Part shown: positions 1-10,036 of the stretch, one piece after another | How positions within the stretch are numbered: position 1 is the stretch's first letter | Layout: every line of letters starts with the position of its first letter | Origin: an uncultured beta proteobacterium | Lineage (GTDB): Bacteria > Pseudomonadota > Gammaproteobacteria > Burkholderiales > Burkholderiaceae_C | Reading direction: 5' to 3' | Assembly (NCBI GenBank): GCA_963761295.1 | Contig: CAVXGG010000017.1 | Coordinates: 103,057-167,056 of the forward strand | DNA length: 64,000 nucleotides | Notes under the pieces: model-generated | Database searches by the model: none | The model's input: only the letters and a program-made list of their open reading frames with translations | What the model was told of the DNA's origin: nothing | Position numbers and translations under genes: made by a program

Positions 1-282
1 GATTTTCAGACGCAAGCCCCAGAGCGTGACGTGATCCGGAATGTGCGGGTCACCGGCCGAGCCGAACAGGATCGCGTCCTTGTCCCTCAATTCGTTCAGA
101 CCGTCGTCCGGCATCATCACGCCGTGCTCGCGAAACCAGTCGCCGCCCCAGCCGAACGAGGTGAATTCGAATGCGAACTCTGAACCAGCCGCTGCGAGCG
201 CCTCGAGCACGGTCTGGCCGGCCGGGATCACTTCCTTGCCGATGCCGTCGCCGGGGATGCAGGCAATCTTGTAGGTTTTCAT
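1..282 (-). CDS. Tartrate dehydrogenase/decarboxylase-like enzyme (isocitrate/isopropylmalate dehydrogenase superfamily), N-terminal 94 codons; gene runs off the left edge
   Basis: Own minus-strand translation from ATG at 282: MKTYKIACIPGDGIGKEVIPAGQTVLEALAAAGSEFAFEFTSFGWGGDWFREHGVMMPDDGLNELRDKDAILFGSAGDPHIPDHVTLWGLRLKI. The IPGDGIG start and the DH-x-TLWGLRL block are typical of TtuC/DmlA-type enzymes. It is absent from the ORF track because there is no stop inside the window. Confidence 0.75.
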   Translation of the reverse strand, partial: MKTYKIACIPGDGIGKEVIPAGQTVLEALAAAGSEFAFEFTSFGWGGDWFREHGVMMPDDGLNELRDKDAILFGSAGDPHIPDHVTLWGLRLKI

Positions 283-760
283 CAAAGCACTTTCCTGGGT
301 GAATCGAGCCGAACAAGCCGCTACTTTAGGCTTGCCACGGGCAATGTGCGCATGCCGGCGATTTGCGAGAACGTTGAGAGATTGCTTGCATGCTGCAGCA
401 GTCGGCCGTGACCACGGCCGCGATCATGATGATCGTCATCGGCGTGTACCGTACTCCTGCCTGTTGAACCAAGCCGGCTCGCCAGGCACTGGGCCCGACA
501 GGTGCGGTCGGCATGCGGACGCGCTGGTGATCGCCTCGGCGGTCGCGGGCAACGGTTGTTTGCCGGCCAGTGTGCACCGCATACTTCCGTGCGCTGGCCA
601 GCGTTGCGCCGGGGACGACGGTCTCGCCGGTGATCGCAAGCCGCAGCTTCGAGGCCTTGCGAGGTTTTGCTGACCGCACGGCCGAGCCGCATGGGAACGC
701 GCCTGTGATCGCGCGCATGGCCGGCCTCGCCGCGCAGCGATCTGCACGGCTGGATACTCG

Positions 761-1120
761 ATGTCAACGGAGGTGCCTGGAGTGACTGAGACGGACACGA
801 AGCGATCGTTCGAAGGACGCTGGGTGCTGGTGACCGGAGGCGCCAGTGGCATCGGCCTGGCGCGCGCTGGCCGTCTTGCACACCGCGGCGTCTGTCTGGT
901 AGTGCTCGATGTCGATGCCGCCAGCATCCTGGCCGGCGTGCCGCTGGCGCGTTTCGTCGAGCCCGACGAGGTCGCGAGCGCCGTGGCATTTTTGCTGTCG
1001 GATGCAGCATCGGCCATCACCGGCGTGAGTCTGCCGGTCGATGCCGGCTGGCTGTGCGGCGCAGCGTGGGTAACCTATCAGCCTTTGCCGCATGCAACGG
1101 AGCCCGCGCGTGTTCTTTGA
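761..1120 (+). pseudogene. Short-chain dehydrogenase/reductase remnant with a large internal deletion
   Basis: ORF 761..1120: the Rossmann start 'RWVLVTGGASGIGLA' is joined after about 50 residues directly to a typical SDR C-terminus 'PLARFVEPDEVASAVAFLLSDAASAITGVSLPVDAGW'. The roughly 150 residues that should carry the catalytic Ser/Tyr-x3-Lys are missing. The 3' end overlaps the next gene's start. Confidence 0.6.
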
Positions 1121-2642
1121 CCATGGCCTCTTCGGATTGCTCTGGCGTACCGCCGTCTCCAACCCCTCAGCGCCGGCGGTCGCACTCGGTACGCGGACGT
1201 GCCATAGCTACGGCGAGTTGCTGCAGCGGGCGGGTCAGGTGTCGGCCGGGCTCCAGCGCATGGGCTGCAGACCCGGCGACCGCGTGGCGATCTTTGCGAA
1301 GAACGACCCGGCCTGGCTGGAGTTGATGTTCGGCTGCTGGCATGCGGGCCTTGCCGTGGCGCCGGTGAATGCCAAGCTGCATGCGCGTGAGTTGGCGTTC
1401 GTCCTGCAGGACTGTGGTGCCAGGGTGCTCTTCTTCGACGAAGGCCACGCCGAAGCGGCGCAGGCCCTGTCGCTGGCCGGAGAGGGCGTGGCAGGCATCG
1501 CCATCCGTGGCAACGAGCATCGCGCGTGGACGCAGGGCGAAATGGCGCATCCGGCCGTGGTGGAGCCGCAAGCGCTGGCGTGGCTCTTCTACACCAGCGG
1601 CACGACCGGTCGGCCCAAAGGTGCGATGCTGACGCACGCCAACCTGCTCGCGATGGCGACGCTCTATGCCAGCGACGTCGAGCCCGAAGGCGTGAGCCGC
1701 GCGCTGCTCCATGCCGCACCCATGTCGCACGGCTCGGGGCTCTACATGCTGCCTCACGTCCTGCACGGCTGCGTGCAGGTGTGCCCCGAGTCGCGCGGCT
1801 TCGATGCGCTGGAGGTGGAGTCGTTGATGAATCACTACCCGAGCGTGGCCATGTTTGCGGCACCCACCATGGTCACGCGCATGACCCATGCCTGCCGGGG
1901 CGAGTTGCCGGGTCTGAACACGCTGGTCTACGGTGGGGGCCCGATGTACGTCGCCGACTGCATGCTGGCGATGGACCGCTTCGGCCAGCGGCTGGCGCAG
2001 ATCTACGGCCAGGGCGAGACCCCCATGACCATCACCTCGCTGACCAAATCGATGCACGACCGCAGCCACCCCAGGCTGGCCGACCGTCTGGCTTCCTGTG
2101 GACTGCCGCAGACCGGCGTGCAGGTCCGCATCCTCGGCGCGGAAGGCGAGGCGTTGCCGTTGAACGAGGCCGGCGAGATCGTCGTGCGCGGCCCCACCGT
2201 CATGCAGTCTTACTGGAACCTGCCGGAAGCCACGGCCAAGGCGTTGCGGGGCGGTTGGCTCTACACCGGCGACCTGGGCTGCTTCGACGCCGAGGGTTTC
2301 CTCACGCTCAAGGACCGCAGCAAGGACGTGATCATCAGCGGCGGCAGCAACATCTATCCACGCGAAGTGGAGGAGGTGTTGCTGCGCCACCCCGGCGTTA
2401 TGGAGGTCTCCGTGATGGGGCAGCCCGATACCGACTGGGGCGAAACCGTGGTCGCGGTGCTGGCCTGCCGCGCGGGGCACGGGCCCACCGATGAGGAACT
2501 CGACGCGTTGTGCATGGCGCACATCGCCCGCTTCAAACGGCCCAAACGCTATGTGCGCGTTCCCGAGTTGCCCAAAAGCGCAGCCGGCAAGATCCTCAAG
2601 GGCGAACTCCGAAAGAAGTTGCTGGCTGGCGGACTGACGTAG
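1092..2642 (+). CDS. AMP-dependent acyl-CoA synthetase/ligase
   Basis: Uninterrupted 516-aa ORF with AMP-binding signatures 'LFYTSGTTGRPKGAMLTH', 'YGQGETP', 'GWLYTGDLG' and C-terminal 'LPKSAAGKILK'. Confidence 0.9.
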   Translation: MQRSPRVFFDHGLFGLLWRTAVSNPSAPAVALGTRTCHSYGELLQRAGQVSAGLQRMGCRPGDRVAIFAKNDPAWLELMFGCWHAGLAVAPVNAKLHARELAFVLQDCGARVLFFDEGHAEAAQALSLAGEGVAGIAIRGNEHRAWTQGEMAHPAVVEPQALAWLFYTSGTTGRPKGAMLTHANLLAMATLYASDVEPEGVSRALLHAAPMSHGSGLYMLPHVLHGCVQVCPESRGFDALEVESLMNHYPSVAMFAAPTMVTRMTHACRGELPGLNTLVYGGGPMYVADCMLAMDRFGQRLAQIYGQGETPMTITSLTKSMHDRSHPRLADRLASCGLPQTGVQVRILGAEGEALPLNEAGEIVVRGPTVMQSYWNLPEATAKALRGGWLYTGDLGCFDAEGFLTLKDRSKDVIISGGSNIYPREVEEVLLRHPGVMEVSVMGQPDTDWGETVVAVLACRAGHGPTDEELDALCMAHIARFKRPKRYVRVPELPKSAAGKILKGELRKKLLAGGLT

Positions 2643-2699
2643 CGTTCACCGGGCCGACGGGTCTGCTTGCACGGTCTTTCGTGCATCTGCCAGACGGAT

Positions 2700-3280
2700 C
2701 GATCGGCAGGTGCAACAACGAAGTGCGTCTGTGCGCCGCCGTCAAGGCAGCAGACGCGGCAGGAACGTGGTCAGCACCGGAAACGCGAATTGTCAGGAGC
2801 ACCACCGCAACGACGACCGCCACGAACACGATCGACAGCACGCGCGCCGATGATCGCCCAGATCCCCGCGACCAGGCCGATCGAGGTGCTGCCGTATGCC
2901 GGCTCCGCAAGGCAGGCGGCGTCCATGTTCGGGATCATGAAATAGGTGAACAGCGCGTTGAGCAGGATCACTGCGACGACAGGCGCGATCGCAAGGGCAA
3001 AGCTCGGCTACGCGACATCGCCCGCGCGCTCGGCGTCTGCGGCCGTGAGCTTGTGCGTGCCGTAGCTCTCGCCGCGGCCGAGCGGCGGTTGAGCCATGGG
3101 ATGCCGCCCCTCAGCATGATCACACCGGCCAGTGTGCCCAGCACGGGGGCGGCGAACGCGTTGGTGCCGAAGAACGGCATCGGCATCGCGTTCTGGATCG
3201 CGGGCGTTCCGGGCAGCGCGGTCATCGTGAACGTGAACGAGCCGAGCGCGGTCGCCGCGGGCAGCAGGCGCTTCAGAACC
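2700..3280 (-). pseudogene. GntP-family (gluconate/carboxylate) permease fragment, internal portion only
   Basis: Minus-strand pieces in several frames:
- Tail of ORF 2968..4974: 'LKRLLPAATALGSFTFTMTALPGTPAIQNAMPMPFFGTNAFAAPVLGTLAGVIML'.
- ORF 3008..3313 tail: 'GESYGTHKLTAADAERAGDVA', followed by an in-frame TAG near 3008.
- ORF 2771..2971: 'ILLNALFTYFMIPNMDAACLAEPAYGSTSIGLVAGIWAIIGA'.
- ORF 2596..2910: 'VLSIVFVAVVVAVVLLTI'.
Only about 200 of the 450 or so expected codons are present. The family is assigned from memory of GntP permeases. Confidence 0.5.
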
Positions 3281-3735
3281 TGCAGGCTTGCAGCAGCCGA
3301 AGTCGAAAACCATCGGCCGTCACAGAACATTTGAGACAACCGCTTTGGGCGCAGCCGGACGAGCGGGCGGTTGCACAGGCAAAAGTGGTCGCGTCGGTCT
3401 ACTTGTGCCGAGTGCCTTCGAGCCGACGACGAGAAGACAGATGGCGTCGCCCCTCGGTCCATCGTCAAGCGTGGGCTTCCGGAAAGCAGGGTTTTTGCAT
3501 GGAACCGGATGATCAGGCGCGAACCGGAGAACGCGCGCGAGGTCCGGCATTGGACGAACCACCGCGCACGGCTGCGAACCCTCCGTTCGCACATGACCCA
3601 CCGCCAATCTGCTGGCATGAACTGGTCGTATGCCTGAAACGGGCAGGCCGATCTCATCCCCTCGGGTCCACAATGAGGAATCCGTGTTCGCAGCAGAGAC
3701 GATGCATGGAACGACAAACCTCTCAGGAGATCACG

Positions 3736-4797
3736 ATGAAAAAACCCGTTCAACGCACCGTCGGCGCCTGCCTGGCCGCCGCAGGCCTGCTGGCCCCGCT
3801 GTCGGCCCGAGCTGCCGAGTTGCCCGTGTGCAAGATGATCGCCACCGGCGGCACGATCGCCATGAAGATCGACCCGGTGAAGAACGCGCCGGTGCCCGCC
3901 ATCTCCGGCGAGGACCTGGTCTCCACCGTGCCCGAGATCGCCAAGGTGGCCCGGATCGAAGTGCAGAACCTCGCGAACGTGCCGTCCGACTACATGGGTC
4001 CGGAACTCTGGGTGAGCCTGCAAAAGGCCGTGACCGAGGCGCTCGCGCGCCCCGAAGTCGCGGGTGTGATCGTCTCCCACGGCACCGACACGCTCGAGGA
4101 GACCGCCTACTTCCTCGATCTCACCGTCAAGAGCGACAAGCCCGTGGTGCTGATCGGCGCGCAGCGCAACGCCTCCGAGAAAGACTTCGACGGCCCGCGC
4201 AACCTGCTGAACGCGGCACGCATCTGCGTCGCCGAGGAGGCGCGCGGCAAAGGCGCCATGGTCGCACTCAACAACCAGATCAACGCCGCGCGTGAAGTCA
4301 CCAAGACGCATACGTCGGATGTCGAAACCTTCAAGTCCGGCGATTACGGCGTGCTCGGTACCGCCGACGTCGACCGGGTGATCTTCTACCGCGCGCCGCT
4401 GCGCCGCCAGCACGTCGAGCTGAAAGGCGACGCGTTGCCTTATGTCGAGATCGTGTCGATGTACGGCGGGGCCGACGGCAAGATGCTGCGTGCGGCGGTG
4501 GCCGCTGGCGCAAAAGGCGTCGTGGTCCAGGCGCTGGGCTGGGGCAATGTCAACATTGCGCTGCACGACGCGATCAAGGAGACGATCGAAAAGGGCGTGC
4601 CGGTGGTCATCTCCACCCGGGTGCCGAACGGCCGTGTGCTGCCCAACTACGGCTTCGTCGGCGGCGGCAAGACGCTCAAGGATGCCGGCGCGGTCTTTGC
4701 CGACAATCTCTCGCCGCAAAAAGCCCGCCTTCTGCTCATGCTCGGTCTGCAAAGCAGCAGCAAGGCCGAAGCGCTGCAGCGGTTGTTCGACCATTGA
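3736..4797 (+). CDS. ansB: Periplasmic L-asparaginase, type II
   Basis: In frame within ORF 3331..4797. The likely start is ATG 3736, preceded by AGGAGA (3725-3730). Signal peptide 'MKKPVQRTVGACLAAAGLLAPLSARA'. Catalytic motifs 'ATGGTIAM' and 'SHGTDTLEETAYFL'. Uninterrupted. Confidence 0.9.
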   Translation: MKKPVQRTVGACLAAAGLLAPLSARAAELPVCKMIATGGTIAMKIDPVKNAPVPAISGEDLVSTVPEIAKVARIEVQNLANVPSDYMGPELWVSLQKAVTEALARPEVAGVIVSHGTDTLEETAYFLDLTVKSDKPVVLIGAQRNASEKDFDGPRNLLNAARICVAEEARGKGAMVALNNQINAAREVTKTHTSDVETFKSGDYGVLGTADVDRVIFYRAPLRRQHVELKGDALPYVEIVSMYGGADGKMLRAAVAAGAKGVVVQALGWGNVNIALHDAIKETIEKGVPVVISTRVPNGRVLPNYGFVGGGKTLKDAGAVFADNLSPQKARLLLMLGLQSSSKAEALQRLFDH

Positions 4798-5119
4798 AGA
4801 ATCGCTGGAAGTCGGGTACATCCAGCCTGCTGCAAGCCAAGGCAGCCCATTCCCGGCAACTCGCCAGTCCGGCTGCCGCGGTGCTTGCCTGACCCGATCC
4901 AGCGAGCCTCCGCGGATGCCAGGGCGCTCCAGCGACACGGCATGGATGGAGTCTTGTGCGTTTGCTCCATGCAATCACCTGCGGACTGGCGTGTACGGCA
5001 TCGCTCCGGTGCCGGGACAAGCGTTGCGCCAGCCCCATGCGAGGCATCGGCAACGAGGAACCCGCGCGGCACACCGGCGGGGAAGTCCGGCATGAACACG
5101 CGCCGTTCGATCGATCGGC

Positions 5120-5892
5120 CTATCGCATCACCCGCCCGCCATCGACGAACAGCACCTGGCCGGTCATGAAGGCGCTGGCTCGCGAGGCCAGGAACACCAC
5201 CGGGCCGGCGACGTCCTCGGGCCTGGCGAGCCGCCGCAGCGGCGTGGCCGCGGCCAGCGCTTCGCGGAAGGCCGCGCGCGTGGCCGCGCTGCCTTGCGTC
5301 GGGTGCACCAGGCCCGGCGCCACGCAATTGACGCGCACGCCCTGGGGCCCCAGCTCGGCCGCCAGGTTGCGGCTGAAGCCCACCAGCGCCGACTTGGCCG
5401 TGGCGTAGTCGTGGTAGGGCACCACGGGGTCTTCGACCAGGTCGCTGACGATGTTGACGATGGCGCCCTGCGCGTCGCGCCGCAAGTGCGGCAGCGCCGC
5501 GCGGCACAGACGTGAAAGCGGCGCCGACCGCGCCTTCGAACTGGCGCTGGAAGTCGGCCCAGGCGAGCGCGTCGAAGGGCTGCCGCTGTTCGGGGTCGAA
5601 TGCATAGGGCGCGAAGGCGTTGTTCACGAGCACGTCGAGCCGGCCGAATTCGGCCACCGTGCGCTGCACCAGTCGCTCGGCTGCAGCGGGCTGCAGCACG
5701 TCGGCGGCCAGCGCGACGGCGTCGCCGCCTGCGTCGCGGCAGGCCTGCACCACGGCCTGCGCCGCGTCGTGCGCGATTCAGGTAGTTGACGGCCACCGCC
5801 GCACCGCTCGCCGCAAACGCTTGCGCGATGGCCGCGCCGATGCCGCGCGACGCACCGGTGACCAGCACGACCTTGCCCTCGAAGTCCTGCAT
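5120..5892 (-). CDS. Short-chain dehydrogenase/reductase (3-oxoacyl-ACP reductase-like); reading frame broken about twice
   Basis: Pieces:
- 'MQDFEGKVVLVTGASRGIGAAIAQAFAASGAAVAVNY' (ATG 5892, tail of ORF 5164..6555).
- 'GGDAVALAADVLQPAAAERLVQRTVAEFGRLDVLVNNAFAPYAF...FEGAVGAAF' (head of ORF 4647..5753).
- 'GAIVNIVSDLVEDPVVPYHDYATAKSALVGFSRNLAAELGPQGVRVNCVAPGLV...FMTGQVLFVDGG' (ORF 5120..5605). Confidence 0.8.
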
Positions 5893-5901
5893 GACGCGCC
5901 T

Positions 5902-6909
5902 TCGTACGCGTTCAGCGGCCCGGCAGCAGGTCGGTGGCCACGACCTGGGCCATGTCGAGCGGCCGTTGCACCAGGCCCAGCTGGCGGTAGACGTCCGCCG
6001 CCTTCTGCAGCGACGCCAGGTCCAGCGCGCCGAGGCCCTGCGTCGCGCGTCAGCGCCGAGACGCTGGACGCATTGCGCAGCTTGATCAGCTCGAGGTTGA
6101 GCTGCGGATCGCTGCCGTCGATGGCGCGCTTGCACGGCCAGGTGCGCCGCCTCGTCCGGCTCGGCGATCATCCAGGCGGCCGCGTCGCGGTAGGCGCGCA
6201 GGAAGCGGCGCAGCACGTCCTTGCGGCGCTGATAAGTGTCCTCGCGCACGACGAACAGGTCGCTCGAGACGTTCAGGAACTGGCCGACCTCCATCACGTC
6301 GACCTCGCCGACGCCGCGCCGGCGGCCGATGGCCAGGCCGGTGTCGGTGGCTGCGGTGGCGTCCACCTGGCCCTGCAGCAGCGGCGCGAAGTTGAGCAGG
6401 CCGGTGACGACGACCGTGACGTCGGCCTCGGTCAGGCCGGCCTGGTGCAGCAGCACCTGCAGGTTCTGGCGCGTGCCGCTGGCCAGGCTGTAGACGCCGA
6501 TCTTCTTGCCCTTCAGGTCGGCGGGCTTGCGGATGCCGCTCTGCTTCAGCGACACCAGTTGAACACGTTCTGCGGGTAGATGTCGTAGATCGCCCGCAGC
6601 TTCTCGCCCTTGTCCAGCGCCGCGAACAGCGAGCCCGGGTCGGTGAAGGCGACGTCGGCCTGGCCCGACAGCAGGTTGCGGATCGCGTCGCCGCCGCCGG
6701 CGCCGGGCAGGTAGCTCAGCGTCATGCCCTGGGCGCGATAGAAGCCCTTGTCCTCATCGACCAGCAGCGGCATGACCTCGGTGATCGGCTTGCTCCAGCC
6801 GGCGACGGTGAACGGGCTCCAGCCTGGCTGCAGGCTGTGGCCAGGCGAGCGTGGGCAGCGCGACGGAGAGCGCGGCGAGCAGGTGGCGGCGATCGAGGTG
6901 CAGCGTCAT
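5902..6909 (-). CDS. ABC transporter substrate-binding protein, NMT1/THI5-like (NitT/TauT-type importer); at least 4 frame breaks
   Basis: Pieces:
- Own translation from ATG 6909: 'MTLHLDRRHLLAALSVALPTLAW'.
- ORF 6546..6773: 'MPLLVDEDKGFYRAQGMTLSYLPGAGGGDAIRNLLSGQADVAFTDPGSLFAALDKGEKLRAIYDIYPQNVF'.
- Head of ORF 5164..6555: 'KQSGIRKPADLKGKKIGVYSLASGTRQNLQVLLHQAGLTEADVTVVVTG...'.
- Own translation of the end: '...LDLASLQKAADVYRQLGLVQRPLDMAQVVATDLLPGR*' (stop 5902-5904). Confidence 0.75.
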
Positions 6910-6971
6910 GAGGTTGTTCTCGGAAGCGGTTCGGGCTCAGGTTGGGCGGGCAGGCAGCTGTGGATTGGCGA

Positions 6972-7740
6972 TCAAGCCGGGTCGTAGGTGCGCAGCAGGC
7001 GCCGCTCGAAGCTCAGCGCCAGCCGGTACAGCAGCAGCCCGAGCAACGAAATCAGCACCAGCACCGCGAACATCAGCGAGGTGTCCATGCTGCCCTGCGC
7101 GGCGATGATGAGCGCGCCCAGCCCGCGACTGGCGCCGATGAATTCGCCGACCACCGCGCCGACCAGCGCCAGCACCACCGCGACGCGCAGGCCCGCCAGC
7201 ACCGCCGGCAGCGCGCTGGGCAGCTTGAGCCGCAGCAGCGTCTGCACGCGCGTCGCGCCGAGCATGCGGAACAGCTCGAGCTGCGCCGCGGGCACCTGGG
7301 TCAGCCCGGTCAGTCGTGTTCTCGAGCAGCGGAAAAAAGCAGATCAGCGCGGTGATCACGACGGTGGGCGTGAGGCCGAAGCCGAACCAGACGATGAACA
7401 GCGGCATGAGTGCCAGCTTCGGCACCACCTGGCTGACCACCACGTACGGCATCAGCTGCCGCCGCAGCGCGGGCACTTCGGCCAGCAGCACGCCGGCGAC
7501 GAAGCCGATGCTGCAGCCCGCGACCAGCCCGAGCAGCAGTTCGAACGCCGTCGCGCGCAGGTGCGGCCACAGGTAGCCGCTGGCCAGCCCGCGCCACAGC
7601 GACTGCGCGACGCTGCTGGGCGGCGGCAGCACCAGCGCCGACAGGCCGAGCTGGCGGGCCGCGATTTCCCAGGCGCCGATCAGCGCGGCGAACAGCAGCA
7701 GCGGCGAGCCGCGCGTTCGACGGCGGTTCATGCGTCGACC
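6972..7740 (-). CDS. ABC transporter permease (NitT/TauT type); one frame break near 7310
   Basis: ORF 6937..8013 interior from ATG 7740: '[29 protein letters not shown]...[38 protein letters not shown]'. This continues in ORF 6972..7295: '[59 protein letters not shown]...'. The start overlaps the ATPase stop. Confidence 0.8.
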
Positions 7741-8471
7741 TCCACGCGTTCGAGCGCCGCGCGCAGCGCCGCGCAGCAGGCCGCCGAAAGCCGGCGTGTC
7801 GCGCGCCGCATGCCGGCCGGCACGGCCAGGCTCTGCACGAGGCGGCCTGCCGCCATCACGGACACCCGGTCGCCGAGGAACACCGCCTCGGCGATGTCGT
7901 GCGTGACGAACAGCGCCGTGGTGCCGCTGCGCTCGGCACAGGCGCAGCAGGTCGCGCTGCAGGTCTTCGCGCGTGATGGCGTCGAGCGCGGCGAACGGCT
8001 CGTCCAGCAGCAACAGCGCGGGCTGCAGCAGCAGCGCACGCGCAAGCGCGACCCGGCTCTGCTGGCCGCCGGAGAGCTGTGCGGGACGCCGCGGGCCGTA
8101 GGCGCGTCGAGGCCGAGCTGGGCCAGCAGCGCATCGGCCGCCTGGATGTCGCGCCGCTCGGCGGGCGCTGCAGCGTCACCGGCAGCAGCACGTTGTCGAG
8201 CACGTTCAGCCATTCGAGCAGCGTGGGCGGCTGGAACACGAAGCCGATCGCGCGCCGGTCGATCTCGGGCCGCGCCCCGCACCGTCACCGTGCCGGCGGT
8301 CGGGCTGCAGCAGCCCGGCGGCAAGCTTCAGCAGCGTGGTCTTGCCGCTGCCGCTGCGGCCCGACCAGGCAATGGATCTCGCCGGCGGGCAGATCGAGGT
8401 CGATGTCGCTCAACACCGGCGGCTGGTCCGGGTAGGCGAAAGCGCACGCCGCGCAGCGTCAGGAAGCTCAT
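7728..8471 (-). CDS. ABC transporter ATP-binding protein; at least 4 frame breaks
   Basis: Pieces:
- ATG 8471: '[11 protein letters not shown]'.
- Own translation around 8310-8372 gives Walker A '[20 protein letters not shown]'.
- ORF 7856..8239: '[21 protein letters not shown]'.
- Head of ORF 6937..8013: '[18 protein letters not shown]' (Walker B).
- Tail of ORF 7728..8324: '[28 protein letters not shown]'. Confidence 0.8.
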
Positions 8472-8545
8472 GACGCCATCCGTGCGATTGCGGCCTGTTT
8501 CGCCAGGCGAAGGCGAAGCACCCGATGAGTACGAATACGGGCATC

Positions 8546-10036
8546 TCATCCGCCGTGGTCTTGCGCATACGGCGCCAGGCGGTCGGCCGCACGCTCGGCG
8601 GCTTGCTCGATCTCGACCATGCGCACCAGGTCGGCCAGATTGAAGCGGCCGTCGTGGTGCCAGCCGGCTTCGGGCTGCGTCATGCCGCCCAGCGCCGCGA
8701 TGCGCGTGACGCCGACTCGGCCCAGGGCTTCGCCCAGGCGGTACAGCTCGGCCGGCGTCGGTCGCCAGCCCCACCGTCTGCAGGAACGCCGCGTGCGGTG
8801 CGAGCAGCGGCAGCACGTCGTCCAGCGCATCGACCGCGCTGACCTGCACGCAGCGCTGCGCCGGCCGAGGGCGCGAGCGGCTGCGGTCGGTCGCTGTAGG
8901 CCAGCGACCCAGGGCGCGGCTTCGTCACGCCGAGCAGCTCGTGCCGGCATCGCCATCGACGCCGGTCAGCGCTCGCCATTCGGCCGCATGGCGCCAGGCG
9001 GCGACGGCCGCCGCTTCGTCCAGCGCCAGCGCGCGGCGCGGGAAGCGGTGGCCCAGGTTGGCGAGCTCGGCCGCCAGATGTTGTGCGAAGTCGCGCGGCG
9101 ACATCGCAGCGCCCCGCTCGACGTAGACCGCGTGCGGCGAATAGCAGCCCTGCTGCTCCTAGCGCACGACGTCGAGCGCCGCCTGCCGGGCAGTCGCCGG
9201 GCCGCGCTGGCGGTCGAGCGCGGCGCGGCCGACCAGCGCCAGGCCGAGCTTGTGGCCGTAGCCGAGGAAGCGCGTCGTCACCGGCACCTGCTCGCGCACC
9301 TCGTGCAGCGCGGCGTTGCCGCCGTAGGCGAGCACGGTGTCGGCATTCGCGGAACAGCGCCGCCGCGGGCCCGGGCTGTGCCGCCTTTCCACCACACCAT
9401 CGCAAGGCAATCGGCCAGCGGCGGATGCACCTCGCAGAGCAGCCGCGCGAACAGGGTCGCGAACACCGGCTCGGCGCTCGGCAGCTTGCCGATGTTGCCC
9501 GCCTTGACGAGCAGCCCGCAGGCCAGGCTCCACAGCGGCAGGCCCGGCACGTTGCCGGCCCAGCACGTGCGCCAGCAGCGCCGGGCCGAACGCGCGCACC
9601 GCGCCGCCCTTCAACGCCGGCTGGAACCCGTCGAGCACTTTGGGGTTGGCGAAGTCCTGCGCGACGAAGCGATGCAGCTGCGGCGCGCGGAAGGTCTGCA
9701 GGTAGGCGGTGAGCCCCAGGCGCACCATCTCGGCGTCGAAGCCGGTCACGAGCGGCAGCAACGCGTCGGCTTCGCGTCGCACCGGGTCGTTTGCGTCGAG
9801 CAGGCGCGCGACGGCGCGGTCGATCATGGCGATGACCGCGTCCACCGGCATCGGCTGCAGCCGCGCTCGGGCGGCCGCGCGCACGTGCGCGGCCAGCGTC
9901 TGCATCTGCGCGTCGTCCAGCAGCGGCACCTCGACGTCCAGCACGCTGCCGTGCGCGGCGAAGTGCAGGGTCTGCCAGCACACCTCGCCCGGGGCGAATG
10001 CCCGGCAGATGGCCAGCGCGCCAGCTGAGCGGTCAT
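8546..10036 (-). CDS. LuxC-like acyl-CoA (fatty acyl) reductase; at least 5 frame breaks
   Basis: Pieces:
- ATG 10036: 'MTAQLA'.
- ORF 9159..10265: 'ALAICRAFAPGEVCWQTLHFAAHGSVLDVEVPLLDDAQMQTLAAHVRAAARARLQPMPVDAVIAMIDRAVARLLDANDPVRREADALLPLVTGFDAEMVRLGLTAYLQTFRAPQLHRFVAQDFANPKVLDGFQP' and 'NADTVLAYGGNAALHEVREQVPVTTRFLGYGHKLGLALVGRAALD'.
- ORF 9278..9550: 'LWSLACGLLVKAGNIGKLPSAEPVFATLFARLLCEVHPPLADCLAMVWWKGG'.
- ORF 8546..8956 tail: 'VTRIAALGGMTQPEAGWHHDGRFNLADLVRMVEIE'.
The family is recalled from the LuxC layout, not searched. Confidence 0.6.

Noticed and set aside
299-760. Expected divergent regulator (for example LysR-type) between the tartrate-dehydrogenase-like gene and the SDR remnant
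   Set aside because: None of the six frames shows an HTH or LysR-type N-terminus or any recognisable family. The ORFs 299..673, 326..718 and 436..1020 look compositional.
2968-4974. 668-aa minus-strand ORF, the longest ORF in this part of the track
   Set aside because: It lies antisense to the well-supported asparaginase gene and is Arg/Gly/Ala-rich, a typical high-GC shadow ORF. Only its last 100 or so codons (below about 3276) carry real signal, and I annotate those as the GntP-type permease fragment.
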